64,000 nucleotides of DNA from Octopus vulgaris (lineage: Eukaryota). Of this stretch, positions 27,341 to 38,536 are shown one piece after another (the first letter of the stretch is position 1; every line of letters begins with the position of its first letter). A program made the position numbers and the translations under genes. The stretch is from positions 34,968,001 through 35,032,000 of the forward strand of contig OX597831.1 of assembly GCA_951406725.2 (NCBI GenBank), given 5' to 3'. The notes under the pieces are model-generated. The model was not told the DNA's origin and made no database searches. It saw only the letters and a program-made list of their open reading frames with translations.

Positions 27341-28344
27341 ATCTTATCTGGGTTGTTTATTTTTCGTTAATGTTGTCATGGTTACAGAAGCAAAGTCGTT
27401 GGCAGTGATAGTGAAGAGAACAAAGAACTCTGTTCCAAACTGAAATTGCAGAGAAATTTGATAAAACCATTTCTATTTTGGAGACAACGACATCAGTTTT
27501 GGCGGGGAAGGGTTGGTATGGACAACATGGGGAGTGCAGAAACGGCAGGGGTGAGTGGGGGGCTGAGAAGTGTGTGGCAAGCATGGATGGTCGACGGGGG
27601 TTTGGGGCATGAGTGATATATTGGATGAATGAGGTTTTACTTGAAATATATCGTACAGTTTTCTTATTTGTCAATCTCTGTTTACTTCTCTCTTTCATTG
27701 TGTGCGGTGAGGATGAGTGGGTGTATGTTGTGTGTGTGTATGTGTGTATGAGGGCAGCTGTATAAAGAAGTGCCAAGCTCTAATTGTGGAAGGAACCTGG
27801 GGAAGTTGTAAACCTAAGAAAACACATACATATACAACAGGCTTCTTTCAGTTTCCATCTACCAAATCCATTCACAAGGCTTTGGTCTGCCCGAGGCTAT
27901 AGAAGAAGACACTTGCCCAAAGTGCCACGCAGTGAGACTGAACTCAGAACCCTGTGGCTGGTGAGCAGCTCCAGAGCACTCAACTGGCAAAAATGAATAA
28001 TCCTGTGACAGACTGAGTCTGTCACAGGATTATTCATTTTGATTATTCATTCTGTGTGAGGAATAAGTGGCCCCATGGTTCTATGTGACAAAGAAAGAAA
28101 CTTTATCCCTTTTTCTTCTTTTGTATATGAAGCACAAGACCAGAAATTTGTGGGTAAAGAATAGTCTTATAGCAACTCCAGTACTTGACTGGTCTTTTAT
28201 TTTGTTGACCCCAGAGGGAAGGAAGACAAAGTTGACAGGATTTGAACTCAGAATGTAGAAAGCTAGAAAAAATACTGCATGGCGTTTGCTCTGACAGTTC
28301 TGTTCATCCATCGCCTGCAGCTTAACAATAATAATAAAAGCAGG

Positions 28345-28725
28345 AAAGTAGTTTGCCTCTGTTCAGCAACATGAGGACCAAAAGCTTGAAATGTTTCAAA
28401 TTGTAGGACAGTGTGTGAGAGAAAATTATGATGTCATAGGAAATCCCTTATCTAGGAGCTAGGGATAGGCAAGTGGTTGGTGAAAGCAGTACAAGTCATG
28501 TACAGGGATGCTGTCAGTAAGGTGAGGATTGGCAACAAGTACAGCAAAGAATTCAGGGCACTAGTAAGAGTTCATCACAGATCAGTTCTCAGCCCCCTCT
28601 TGTCCACAATAATCCTGCAGGCAATGACAAAGGAATTTAAGACAGGCTGCCCCTGGGAGCTCCTCTATACTGATGACCTTCTTATAGCTGAATCATGGAC
28701 ACCGAACATTAAACAATGATGATGA
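28345..28725 (+). mobile_element. old deleted RTE fragment
   Basis: VKAVQVMYRDAVSKVRIGNKYS...GCPWELLYTDDL matches the 18850-19050 RT segment. Confidence 0.85.
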
Positions 28726-29360
28726 TGTTGTTGTCCAATCTAGATCAGCCTTAATTGAGTAGACTTAAAATCAAAAGCATTCCAGATATGACTATCCCAT
28801 CTTTTCAAGTATACCATGAGCTACATTGTCAACGTATTTATTGTTCTTTACTGAAGGTGTTAGATTGGGATTTGAAGGAGTTTAGGCTGTTATCTCTAAC
28901 TGCTTGAGTGATTGTGATTTTCCTGTAGTTTTATCACCAGTTCAACCCTGATCAAGCAGCCTTGTGTCTAAAGGCTTTTCAGCCTTGACAACCGTGTATT
29001 TTGTGGGGTTTGGTGGACTAGATATATGTAATTTTGCGAGCTCTCATCTCATCGTTGCTTGTCCTACCTACCAATCTATGACTGAAACTTTCTAGGTTAC
29101 TCTCCATTACAAAACATCACAACCTTACAAACAGAAGTTATACAAATACATAAAATAACTCTATAGGCCTGGTTCATATATATATATATATATTTCTAAA
29201 ATTTTCGGTATGTGGTCAGGCAACTTGTTGCAAAGACCCTTATTGTTATAATTATATAAACTTTTATCGAATATGGTCCTTTTCCATACCGAATATACTA
29301 CTAGGTGAAATTTGTTGATTTTATTAAATTAATTATATTTCACCCTTTATCTGTAATGTG

Positions 29361-29410
<50 letters not shown>

Positions 29411-30085
29411 ATGTATATGTACATACTTAACAAGTTTTGTGTCTGTGTGTGTAACTAGATCTGTTTGTAAGTATACGCTAGTCTTCTGTATACACACAAT
29501 ATGTATTTGTCTTTGTGTGGGTGTCTACTTAACCAGTTCTGTATGCACGGATATAAACAGTATGTGAATCTAATTGTGTGTGTTTGTGTAGGGATGTTTA
29601 GGAAAAAAACATATATATATGTATGTACACACACTCACGCAAATATATATAACTTCTATTTTTTCTTTTATAACTATGTCTGTGTGTGTATATGCAGTAT
29701 ATGTATGATTATCAGATAAGTTGACATGTGTTTGTAAATTGTTACTCCGTGTGTGTGTGTGTGTTTGGGCATACGTTATCACTACGAAGAATTTTCAATA
29801 GAGTGATCTGCCTATCTGTAACCAAGCGACAAAACACTTTTTGTTAGAAGTCAGACAACAATAAACCAGTTAAATAAGATTTTTGTGTGGATCTCCAAAA
29901 CATTCTAAATACATTAAAAAAAAATTTTATTATGTTTTGCTTTATATGTATATATTAGTGGTACAACAAGGCACCAATATTTACTGGAAATAGCAGTCAG
30001 TACATTTATGATGCTATAGTAAAGCTTCACTACATGGCAAAGACATGTGAGTGCAACAAACATGAAAAATTTATATATATATATA

Positions 30086-30480
30086 GGCGCAGGAGTGGCT
30101 GTGTGGTAAGTAGCTTGCTAACCAACCACATGGTTCCGGGTTCAGTCCCACTGCGTGGCACCGTGGGCAAGTGTCTTCTGCTATAGCCCCGGGCCGACCA
30201 ATGCCTTGTGAGTGGATTTGGTAGACGGAAACTGAAAGAAGCCCGCCGTATATATGTATGTATGTGTGTGTTTGTGTGTCAGTGTTTGTCCCCCTAGCAT
30301 TGCTTGACAACCGATGCTGGTGTGTTTATGTCCCCGTCAATTAGCGGTTCGGCAAAAGAGACCGATAGAATAAGTACTGGGCTTACAAAGAATAAGTCCC
30401 GGGGTCGATTTGCTCGACTAAAGGCGGTGCTCCAGCATGGCCGCAGTCAAATGATTGAAACAAGTAAAAGAGTAAAGAGT
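30086..30480 (+). mobile_element. SINE family A, full-length representative
   Basis: A-box-like TGGCTGTGTGG, B-box-like GGTTCAGTCCC, CORE-like gggcaagt, internal microsatellite, gtaaaagag tail; other copies at 30903-31291, 37582-37970, 38573-38954, 41805-42185, 50362-50744 and more. Confidence 0.88.
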
Positions 30481-31699
30481 ATATATATATATATATATAC
30501 TAAGAAATCACACCTATAATAACCTGAATGACTACAATCTAGAGTAGTCGTTCACCAAGAGTATCTAGGTGTGCTGCAAACGTTTAAAAAAGTTTAATCT
30601 ATGCATAGGTGTGTCTCTGTAGTGAGAAGTTTCCTTTTGAGCCACATGGTTCTCAGTTCAGTCCCACCTTGGGCAAGTGTCTTCTACAATAGCCCATGGT
30701 CAAGCATAGTCATGTGAGTGGATTTGGTAGATGGAAACTGAAAGAAGCCTGCCATGTGTGTGTTTGTTTGTTTGTGACTGTGCATGCATGTGCCTTTTTG
30801 TTTGTCCCCCATCAACCCTTGACAACTGGTGTTGGTTTGTTTACATCCCTCTATAACTTAACTGGTTCAGCAAAAGAAACTAATAGAATAAGTAGCAGGC
30901 CTAGGCATAGGAGCGGCTGTGTGTTAAGTAGCTTGCTTATGAACCACATGGTTCCGGGCTCAGTCCCACTGCATGTCACCTTGGGCAAGTGTCTTCTACT
31001 ATAGCCTCGGGCCGACCAAAGCCTTGTGAGTGAATTTGGTAGACAGAAACTGAAAGAAGCCTGTCGTATATATGTATGTGTGTGTATATGTTTGTGTGTC
31101 TGTGTTTGTCCCCCTAACATCGCTTGACAACCGATGCTGGTGTGTTTACGTCCCCGTAACTTAGCAGTTCGGCAAAAGAGACTGATAAAATAAGTACTAG
31201 GCTTACAAAGAATAAGTCCTGGGGTCGATTTGCTTGACTAAAGGTGGTGCTCCAGCATGGCCACAGTGAAATGACTGAAACAAGTAAAAGAGCAGGCTTA
31301 AAATAAGTACGGGAGTTCAATTTGTTCAACTGAACCCTTCAATGTGGTGCTCCTGCATGGCCACAGTCCAATGAGTGAAACAAAAATAATAGTATATTCC
31401 ACATGTATAGTTAGATGTATGACTGTTAGGGGTGAATGGAGAGCTCTGTGTTGAGTGTCCCCATCTGGTTGACTGGGGTGTGGTTACTCCTGTATTCATC
31501 CAAGTTATTGAATCTGCGTAAACATAATGTAGTCAGGTATTCCTCTGAAGAAGAGTTGTACACCTGCATCTAATTGCACTACGAACGCTCACGAAATGGT
31601 GCAAGCATGCAGTATGAATACTCACGATAATGGTGTAGGCAGGCTTTACAAACTCTCACAAAGTGGTGCAGGCATGAAGTATGAACGTTTTATGCATTA

Positions 31700-32059
31700 C
31701 TAGCACTGTGATCCGGCGTTGCCAGGTCATAGTGCTAGTGCATGCATATACAGCTGTGTGCGTGTGCACATACACACGAGTACTGTCCAAATCTCCGATT
31801 AATCACACAGCTAGCTGGCATTCAATTGGCATATCAAGTTTCGGGCATTTTGATTGGGTTTTCGATAGAAAATTCACAAAAAAGTCACTTCTATTGATTT
31901 TTTAATGGCTTTGCAGGGTGACTGGGGAAATGTAAAGATGTGCACGACCACCCTTGGACAGTTTTGAATGACCATAGAAAGTGTGAGCTCTCTAACTGAA
32001 AAATTGTGGATTTGTATAAAGGACACACACACAAACATTTTGCCGTTTATATATATAGA
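31700..32059 (-). mobile_element. non-autonomous Helitron
   Basis: minus strand starts TCTATATATATAAA and ends with hairpin TGACCTGGC-aac-GCCGGATCA followed by cagtgCTAG|T. Confidence 0.75.
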
Positions 32060-33655
32060 AATTAGTGAAGGTGTATGGCTAAGTGGTTAAGATATTTAGC
32101 TTGTGATTGTCAGTTCATGCTATGTCGCACATTCAGATGCCTTCTACTCTGCTCGACTCTCCTGATGTCTAGGCTTCTCCCTCTATATCTACGTATTGGG
32201 CTAGCCTACTTCATCGTCTGGGGGCATCTACACAACAGTTTGTGAGTTCAATTCCCAGTGGTGCATTGTGTGTCTCTTGAGCAAGACGCTTTATTCCACT
32301 TTGCTCCAGTCCACTGAGCTGGCAAAGATGAGTTGTAACTGTATCAAAAGGCCAGCGTTGTCACATTCTGTGTCATGCTGAACCTCCCTGAGAACTACAT
32401 TAAAGGTACACGTGTCTGTGGAGTGCTCAGCCTTTTGCTCGTTAATTTCATGAGCAAGCTGTTTCCTTAATCACATCAACTGCAACACTCATCATAACCA
32501 ATGGGGTGCCAGTTTTATGCATTGTTAAGCAAATAGCCATGCTGTCGAAACGTGTGTAGTGATACTTTGAGCTGCCCATTCTTTTTTCATTCACTAAACA
32601 ATTCACTGCATAATATGTAGTTCTTATATCGATTATAGAGGATGCCTGTGATCATTACACAACTGTTTAGCTTTGTATGGACTGCTATACTGACCGGTTG
32701 AATGTCCTGAATATTTCTGTATTCCTTTGAAGTAACCTGTTCCCTTAATATACATGGAAATGCTTCTCAGTTAATTTGTCAAGATCTCTTTTATTTTTTT
32801 TAAGGAGTGACTGTCTGATATGTAGCTTGCTTACCAACCACATGGTTCTGGGTTCAGTCCCACTGTGTGGCACCTTGGGCCAGTGTCTTTTACTATGGAC
32901 TCAAGAAAACCAAAGCCTTGTGAGTGGATTTAGTAGACAGAAACTGAAAGAAGCCCATTGTATATATATGTGTATGTATGTATGTGTGTGTGTGTCCACC
33001 ACCACCATTGCTTGACAACTGATGCTGGTGTGTTTATGTCCCCATAACTTAGCAATTTGGCAAAAGAGACTGATAGAATAATTACTAGGCTTACGAAGAA
33101 TAAGTCCTGGGGTCGATTTGTTCAACTAAAGGTGGTGCTCCAGCATGGCGGCAGTCAAATGACTAAAACAAATAATATATATAAATAATCTTTATTGCAT
33201 TATATGTTGTTTGTCATTAGACCACAGCTATGCTGGGGCACTGCCTTGAAGAATTTAGTTGAATCAGTCAATCCCAAAATATATTTTTTTTAAAGCCTGG
33301 TACTGATGCTATCGGACTCTTTTTGCTGAACCTCTAAGCTAATGTAGACATAAAAACACCAACACTGGTTGTCAAGCAGTGGTGGGGAGGGACACACACG
33401 ATGGGCTTCTTTCAGTTTCTGTCTACCCAATCCATTCGCAAGACTTTGGTTGACACGAGTCTATAGTAGAAGACCCTTGCCCAAGGTGCTGTGCACTGTG
33501 ACAACCTGGAACCCTGCCATTAGGAAGCAGGCTTCTTACCCGACAGCCATGCCTGAACCTGTATAGTTCATATCTCTGCCACCGTCACAACCATACTATG
33601 CCGTTAATTACTAATTAACTGATTTGTTTATTTTTTCCTTTCTTTCTTTCTTCAG

Positions 33656-33833
33656 CTACATCATATGTGGAGATGCTGACGGCAAACTTTACATCTGGGA
33701 CTGGAAAACGACGAAACTCTACTGCCAGTTCAAGGCCCACGATGACGTTTGTGTGGCTACTTTGTGGCACCCACATGAGACCTCCAAAGTTGCAACAGCT
33801 GGCTGGGATGGCATCATCAAGTTCTGGGACTAA
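33656..33833 (+). CDS. CDC40: CDC40 terminal coding exon
   Basis: ttcAG|C; YIICGDADGKLYIWDWKTTKLYCQFKAHDDVCVATLWHPHETSKVATAGWDGIIKFWD* is the CDC40 C-terminus; the 7 exons sum to 798 nt in frame. Confidence 0.96.
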
Positions 33834-33967
33834 AAACCAAAAAATTTCAAAACTCTGAACTTAAAAAAATAGCATCATTTGGCGGGGAGCATATTTTTTT
33901 TGTAATTGTTTATTTAATGATCCATCATCAAGCTGTCATTTTTATTATTATTTTTATGATTATTATT

Positions 33968-33973
33968 ATTAAA
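33968..33973 (+). promoter_or_regulatory. candidate CDC40 polyadenylation signal ATTAAA
   Basis: ATTAAA 135 nt after the stop codon; AT-rich context makes chance occurrence possible. Confidence 0.35.
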
Positions 33974-34519
33974 AGAAATCATTATTTTTCATCACACAAA
34001 TTGGATATCATAAATTTAAAAAAAACACACTGTTACACGTATTTTCTGGTTATCTGTTATTTATTCATTTTGCTATAATATTTAGCCCTAGGCCAATCCT
34101 TATTAAACAATCTTGCGATTAAAGGCATGTCTATGAGTTTGATGTCGATGAATCTATCGCGTTCCATTTACCAAGTGTGTGGAGATGACTTGTTTATCGC
34201 TATGTAAAAAGCTCCGGACACACTCTGTAAAGGAGTTGGTGTTAGGAAGGGCATCCAGCCATAGAAACCAAGCCAAAACAGACTATGGAACCAGGTGCAG
34301 CTCCTGCCAAACCATCCAACCCAAGCCAGCATGGTAAATGGATGTTAAATGATGATGGTACTTCTGTGATAAGTGAGGACAGATGTAGTGGTAGTTTTCA
34401 GTTAGACAAATGCAGTCAATTTTATAGATGCCAAGTGATAAAAATCATCTGATGCTAGAAGAGCCTGATAAGAGAAACCACAACCTTTTAAATAAATCCT
34501 TATCAATTTGGTCATTACA

Positions 34520-34750
34520 TCAGCTGCCCCATGTGGAGTCTAGTGGGTTGTCCACTACCGAATTATGAACCATTATAAACAAAGGGACATAAGTCAAAAA
34601 ATCCAGAAGGTCCAGTGCATTCAGATGCTGCAGTTTTGAGCGGACTTCCTCTTCATGAGACAAACTGACTCCACCTGCCTTTAAATCCACGCAAAGTTGG
34701 TCGAGAGATATCTTGTGTGTGTCTGGATCAACATTACACTCCCATAACGT
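34520..34750 (-). CDS. uncharacterised EF-hand-containing protein, terminal exon
   Basis: ttttgcAG|ACG; TLWECNVDPDTHKISLDQLCVDLKAGGVSLSHEEEVRSKLQHLNALDLLDFLTYVPLFIMVHNSVVDNPLDSTWGS*; phase 0. Confidence 0.88.
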   Translation of the reverse strand, partial: TLWECNVDPDTHKISLDQLCVDLKAGGVSLSHEEEVRSKLQHLNALDLLDFLTYVPLFIMVHNSVVDNPLDSTWGS

Positions 34751-35232
34751 CTGCAAAAAATTAAATGATTACATATTTCATTGTTTTTATTGAGGTGGCA
34801 AGCTATGACATTCACAACATATCATACTAACATCCTACTTCTACTCTATGGCACAACATTAAGACCCGTCATACTAATATCTTACTTCTGCTCTGACATT
34901 CTCATATTAAGACACATCATACTGACACTATTACCTCTACTCTGACATCACCTTTCCAGCATCTAATCGTGGCTTACTATAACCTCTACTACTTGTGTTA
35001 TTTGCAAAACTCAAAACAGACACATAATAGTATACAGCACTTACATTTGGGGATAACTCAACTGCTATACATTGAAATATCCTCGATCACATCCAAAGTT
35101 AAGCCATCCCATTGACTGACAAAGACATATTCACTCAAGCACTCCACAGATATGATGTTTCTTTGCTACCATGGTGTTAACTACTGATATACCACCTCCA
35201 ATCTTCCTTTCTTGTTTCATCACTGTCTCAAT

Positions 35233-35918
35233 ATTTGAAAATAAGGTGGTGAGCTGGCAAAAACGTTAGCACACTGAACAAAATGCTTAGCAGTAATTCA
35301 TCTGTCTTTGTTCTGAGTTCAAATTCCGCCAAGGTCGACTTTGCCTTTCATCCTTTCAGGGTCGATAAATTAAGTACCAGTTGCATACTGGTGTCGATCT
35401 AATCGACTGCCCCCTCCCCAAATATTTTGGGCCTTGTGCCTAGAGTAGAAAAGATTATTTGAAAATAAGGTGGCAAGCTGGCAGAAATGCTAGCACACCA
35501 GGCAAAATGCTTAGCAGTATTTTGTCTGCCGGTATGTTCTGAGTTCAAATTCTGCCGAGGTCAACTTAGCCTTTCATCCTTTTGGGGTCAACAAATTAAG
35601 TACTAGTTGTGTACTGGGACCAATATAATCGACTGTCCCCACCTCCCACAAAATTTTGGGTCTTGTGCCTAGAGTAGAAAAGAGTATTTAGAAATAAGAA
35701 GGTGGTAAGCTGGCAGAAACGTTAGCACGCCGAGCAAAATGCTTAGCAGTATTTCATCTGTCTTTATGTTCTGAGTTCAAATTCTGCCGAGGTTGACTTT
35801 GCCTTTCATCCTTTCGGGGTCAATAAATAAAGTACCAGTTGCATACTGGGGTCGATCTAATCAACTGGCCTAGAATTTCAGGCCTTGTGCCTAGAGTAGA
35901 AAAGAATATTTGGAAATA
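35233..35918 (+). mobile_element. three head-to-tail copies of SINE family B (about 225 bp; GCCTTTCATCCTTTCGGGGTCGATAAA, Nin/Deu-like domain)
   Basis: units start at about 35233, 35457 and 35686; other copies at 20870-21075(-), 36360-36570(-), 39210-39400(-), 40640-40870(-), 48830-49175. Confidence 0.85.
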
Positions 35919-37215
35919 ATACTGATTTATACACAAGGCCAGCAATTTTTAGGGAAAAGGTTTAGTGTCAGTTGATACCATCAACCCTAGAACTTGACTG
36001 GTATTTATTTATCGATCCCCAAAAGATTAAAGACAAAAGTTGAATTCAAAACATTAAGAGCCAAATGAAATATCACAAAGCATTTTTTCTGATGCTCTAA
36101 TCAATCCACTGTTCTAATCAATATTTGAAACATCAACAGCTGCAAGTGCAGTTGTAGGATGCAAGTTCACTTCCCACTACGGTTTCAGATTCAGTCCCAA
36201 AAGAGGACACTTTGAGTAAAGGTTTCTTACTATGACCTTGAGGAACCAAAGCCTTGTAAGTACATTTGGCATATGGAAACTGAAAGAAGCCCTTCATATA
36301 TCAATACATCTGTATGAGGAGGTGTCTCCTTGTCTGTGAAGAGCAGAAACACTGGTTTTCAAATTTTGACACAATGCCAGCAATTTTTAAAGAAGGGTAT
36401 AGGTTGATAAGATTAACCCCAGTGTTCAACTGCTACATTTTTTATTGGTCCCAAAAGGATGAAAGGCAAAGTCAACCTTGGTAGAATTTGAACTTAGAAC
36501 TTAAAGACAGATGAAATGCTGTTAAGCATTTTGCCCAGCATGCTAAAGATTCTGCCAGTTCACCACCTTAAAATAGAGAGACCTTGTTTGGAAACAGGTG
36601 ATAAGAAGGGCAGTTGGCCTTAGAAAATTTGCCTCAATAAATTCCATTTGACCCATGCAACCATTAACCCTTTCGTTACCATACTTATTTTGAGATGCTC
36701 TGTGTGTCTTTCAATTAATTTTAAATATAACAAAGAATTTTATAAAATAACTTATTAAACCAGTGTTAGGAACATAAATTATGACTAAAGTTTGGTGGAA
36801 GGGAAGATTTTAATTCAAAACTTCTGAAAACAAGGCATTTTTTACTACAGAGGCACTTTCAGCCAGATTGGTATCAAAAGGGTTAAGAATTGTTTCTCTA
36901 TTATATATTTTAAATCTTTCATTACCATATTTCTGTTGAGATGCTCTGTGTTTCTTTCAATTTATTTTAAATATAACAAAGAATTTAGTAAAATAACTTA
37001 GTTATCATGCAGCTAACTTTGCTATCATTAAACCAGTGTGAGGAACATAAATTGTGACTAAGGTTTGGTGGAAGATTTTAATTCAAAATTTATAAAAACA
37101 AGACATTTGTACTACAGAGTCAGAGGCAGTTTCAGCCGGGTTGGTATCGAAAGGGTTAAAATGATGACATTAAAAACAATGATGTGAACAATAATAAAAT
37201 GATATCCTAGTTTAC

Positions 37216-37285
37216 CTTGCACTTAAATGTCTTCATATCTAGTAACTGGTAATCAAAACGGTCCACAATGTTCTTCATCCAATCA
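37216..37285 (-). CDS. EF-hand protein exon
   Basis: tttAG|T...AAG|GTaaa; DWMKNIVDRFDYQLLDMKTFKCK; phase 2 to 0, fits both neighbours. Confidence 0.85.
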
Positions 37286-38441
37286 CTAAATCGAATAAAT
37301 AAATAAACCATTAGAAATGGTTGAATTATGTCCAGCAAGACCAACAACGAAGGTAATTGTATGACATGATTTTCTTCATTATAATCATTTCAACGCTACA
37401 TGGTTACAGTACATCATGAATTTATGTAAATTACATGTGATCCATGTTCAGTTTGCTGGTCAAAGGTCAAAAAAAGCAATACTGAGGATTTCCTAAATAT
37501 TATTTCTGGAGAAAACCTTGTACTGACGTTTCACCATCAAAGGATATTGAACCATTTTTATAAGATATGGAAACAATTACAGGCGCAGGAGTGGCTGTGT
37601 GGTAAGTAGCTTGCTTACCAACCACATGGTTCCGGGTTTAGTCCCACTGTGTGGCATCTTGGCCAAGTGTCTTCTACTATAGCCTTGGGCCGACCAAAGC
37701 CTTGTGAGTGGATTTGGTTGACGGAAACTGAAAGAAGCCCGTCGTATATATGTGTGCGTGTGTGTCTGAGTTTGTCCACCACCACCCCCAACATCGCTTG
37801 ACGGCCGATGCTGGTGTGTTTACGTCCCCCATAACTTAGCGGTTCGGGAAAAGAGACCGAGAGAATAAGTACTAGGCTTACAAAGAATAAGTCCTGGGGT
37901 CGATTTGCTCGACTAAAGGCGGTGCTCCAGCATGGCCACAGTCAAATGACTGAAACAAGTAAAAGAGTAATTAAGCTGATGTTATTTAAAATTCTGTTAT
38001 GAAACAAAGAAAAGGAGGTCTGAATCTCAACAGACAAGGAATTCTGTATTCAATTATATTTTTAGTGGTCATTAGTGCGTGACCATGCCTGAGCATTGCT
38101 GTTATGAGTTCTAATCAATTATTTCAACCTTAATAGTTAGATACATATTCGATCTCTTTTCATTCATCTAATGATCATGTTTATGCATTGAGTTATGTCC
38201 CTTTAGAAAGTTATCTCCCTTGATGCCGTAAGCAAATACTGCAGCACAACTTGATCCTTGAAATCTTCGGATCCTGTCAAAATGTTCAACAAATGCCAGC
38301 GTGGAAGATTGATATTAAAAGGATGACGATGATGATGAAAGAAGTTTAATGGTTTAATAAATGGAACCTCGCTCTTAAGAAATACATATGTGGTGAGAAA
38401 AGTATGTGCACACACTTCCAAATATATACGTGTCTACTTAC

Positions 38442-38536
38442 TCGAGAGATGTTATACGGTTTGATAAAGCAGCTAAAATGGCAAACAGCTGGAAGTCTGC
38501 ACCATCTTCTATACTGTAACCTGTCATTTCAATTAT
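38442..38536 (-). CDS. EF-hand protein exon
   Basis: tttgtAG|ATA...GA|GTaag; IIEMTGYSIEDGADFQLFAILAALSNRITSL(D); phase 0 to 2. Confidence 0.85.

Noticed and set aside
26311-27408. Long ORFs up to 342 aa (YIYM/HTYI-rich), also at 360-1014, 25239-26039 and 59890-60419
   Set aside because: Translations of microsatellites that lack stop codons by composition
31538-32565. Possible hammerhead split by insertions (CTGAAGA at 31545, GAAACGTG at 32547)
   Set aside because: The halves are 1 kb apart with mismatched stems and no valid NUH; too speculative
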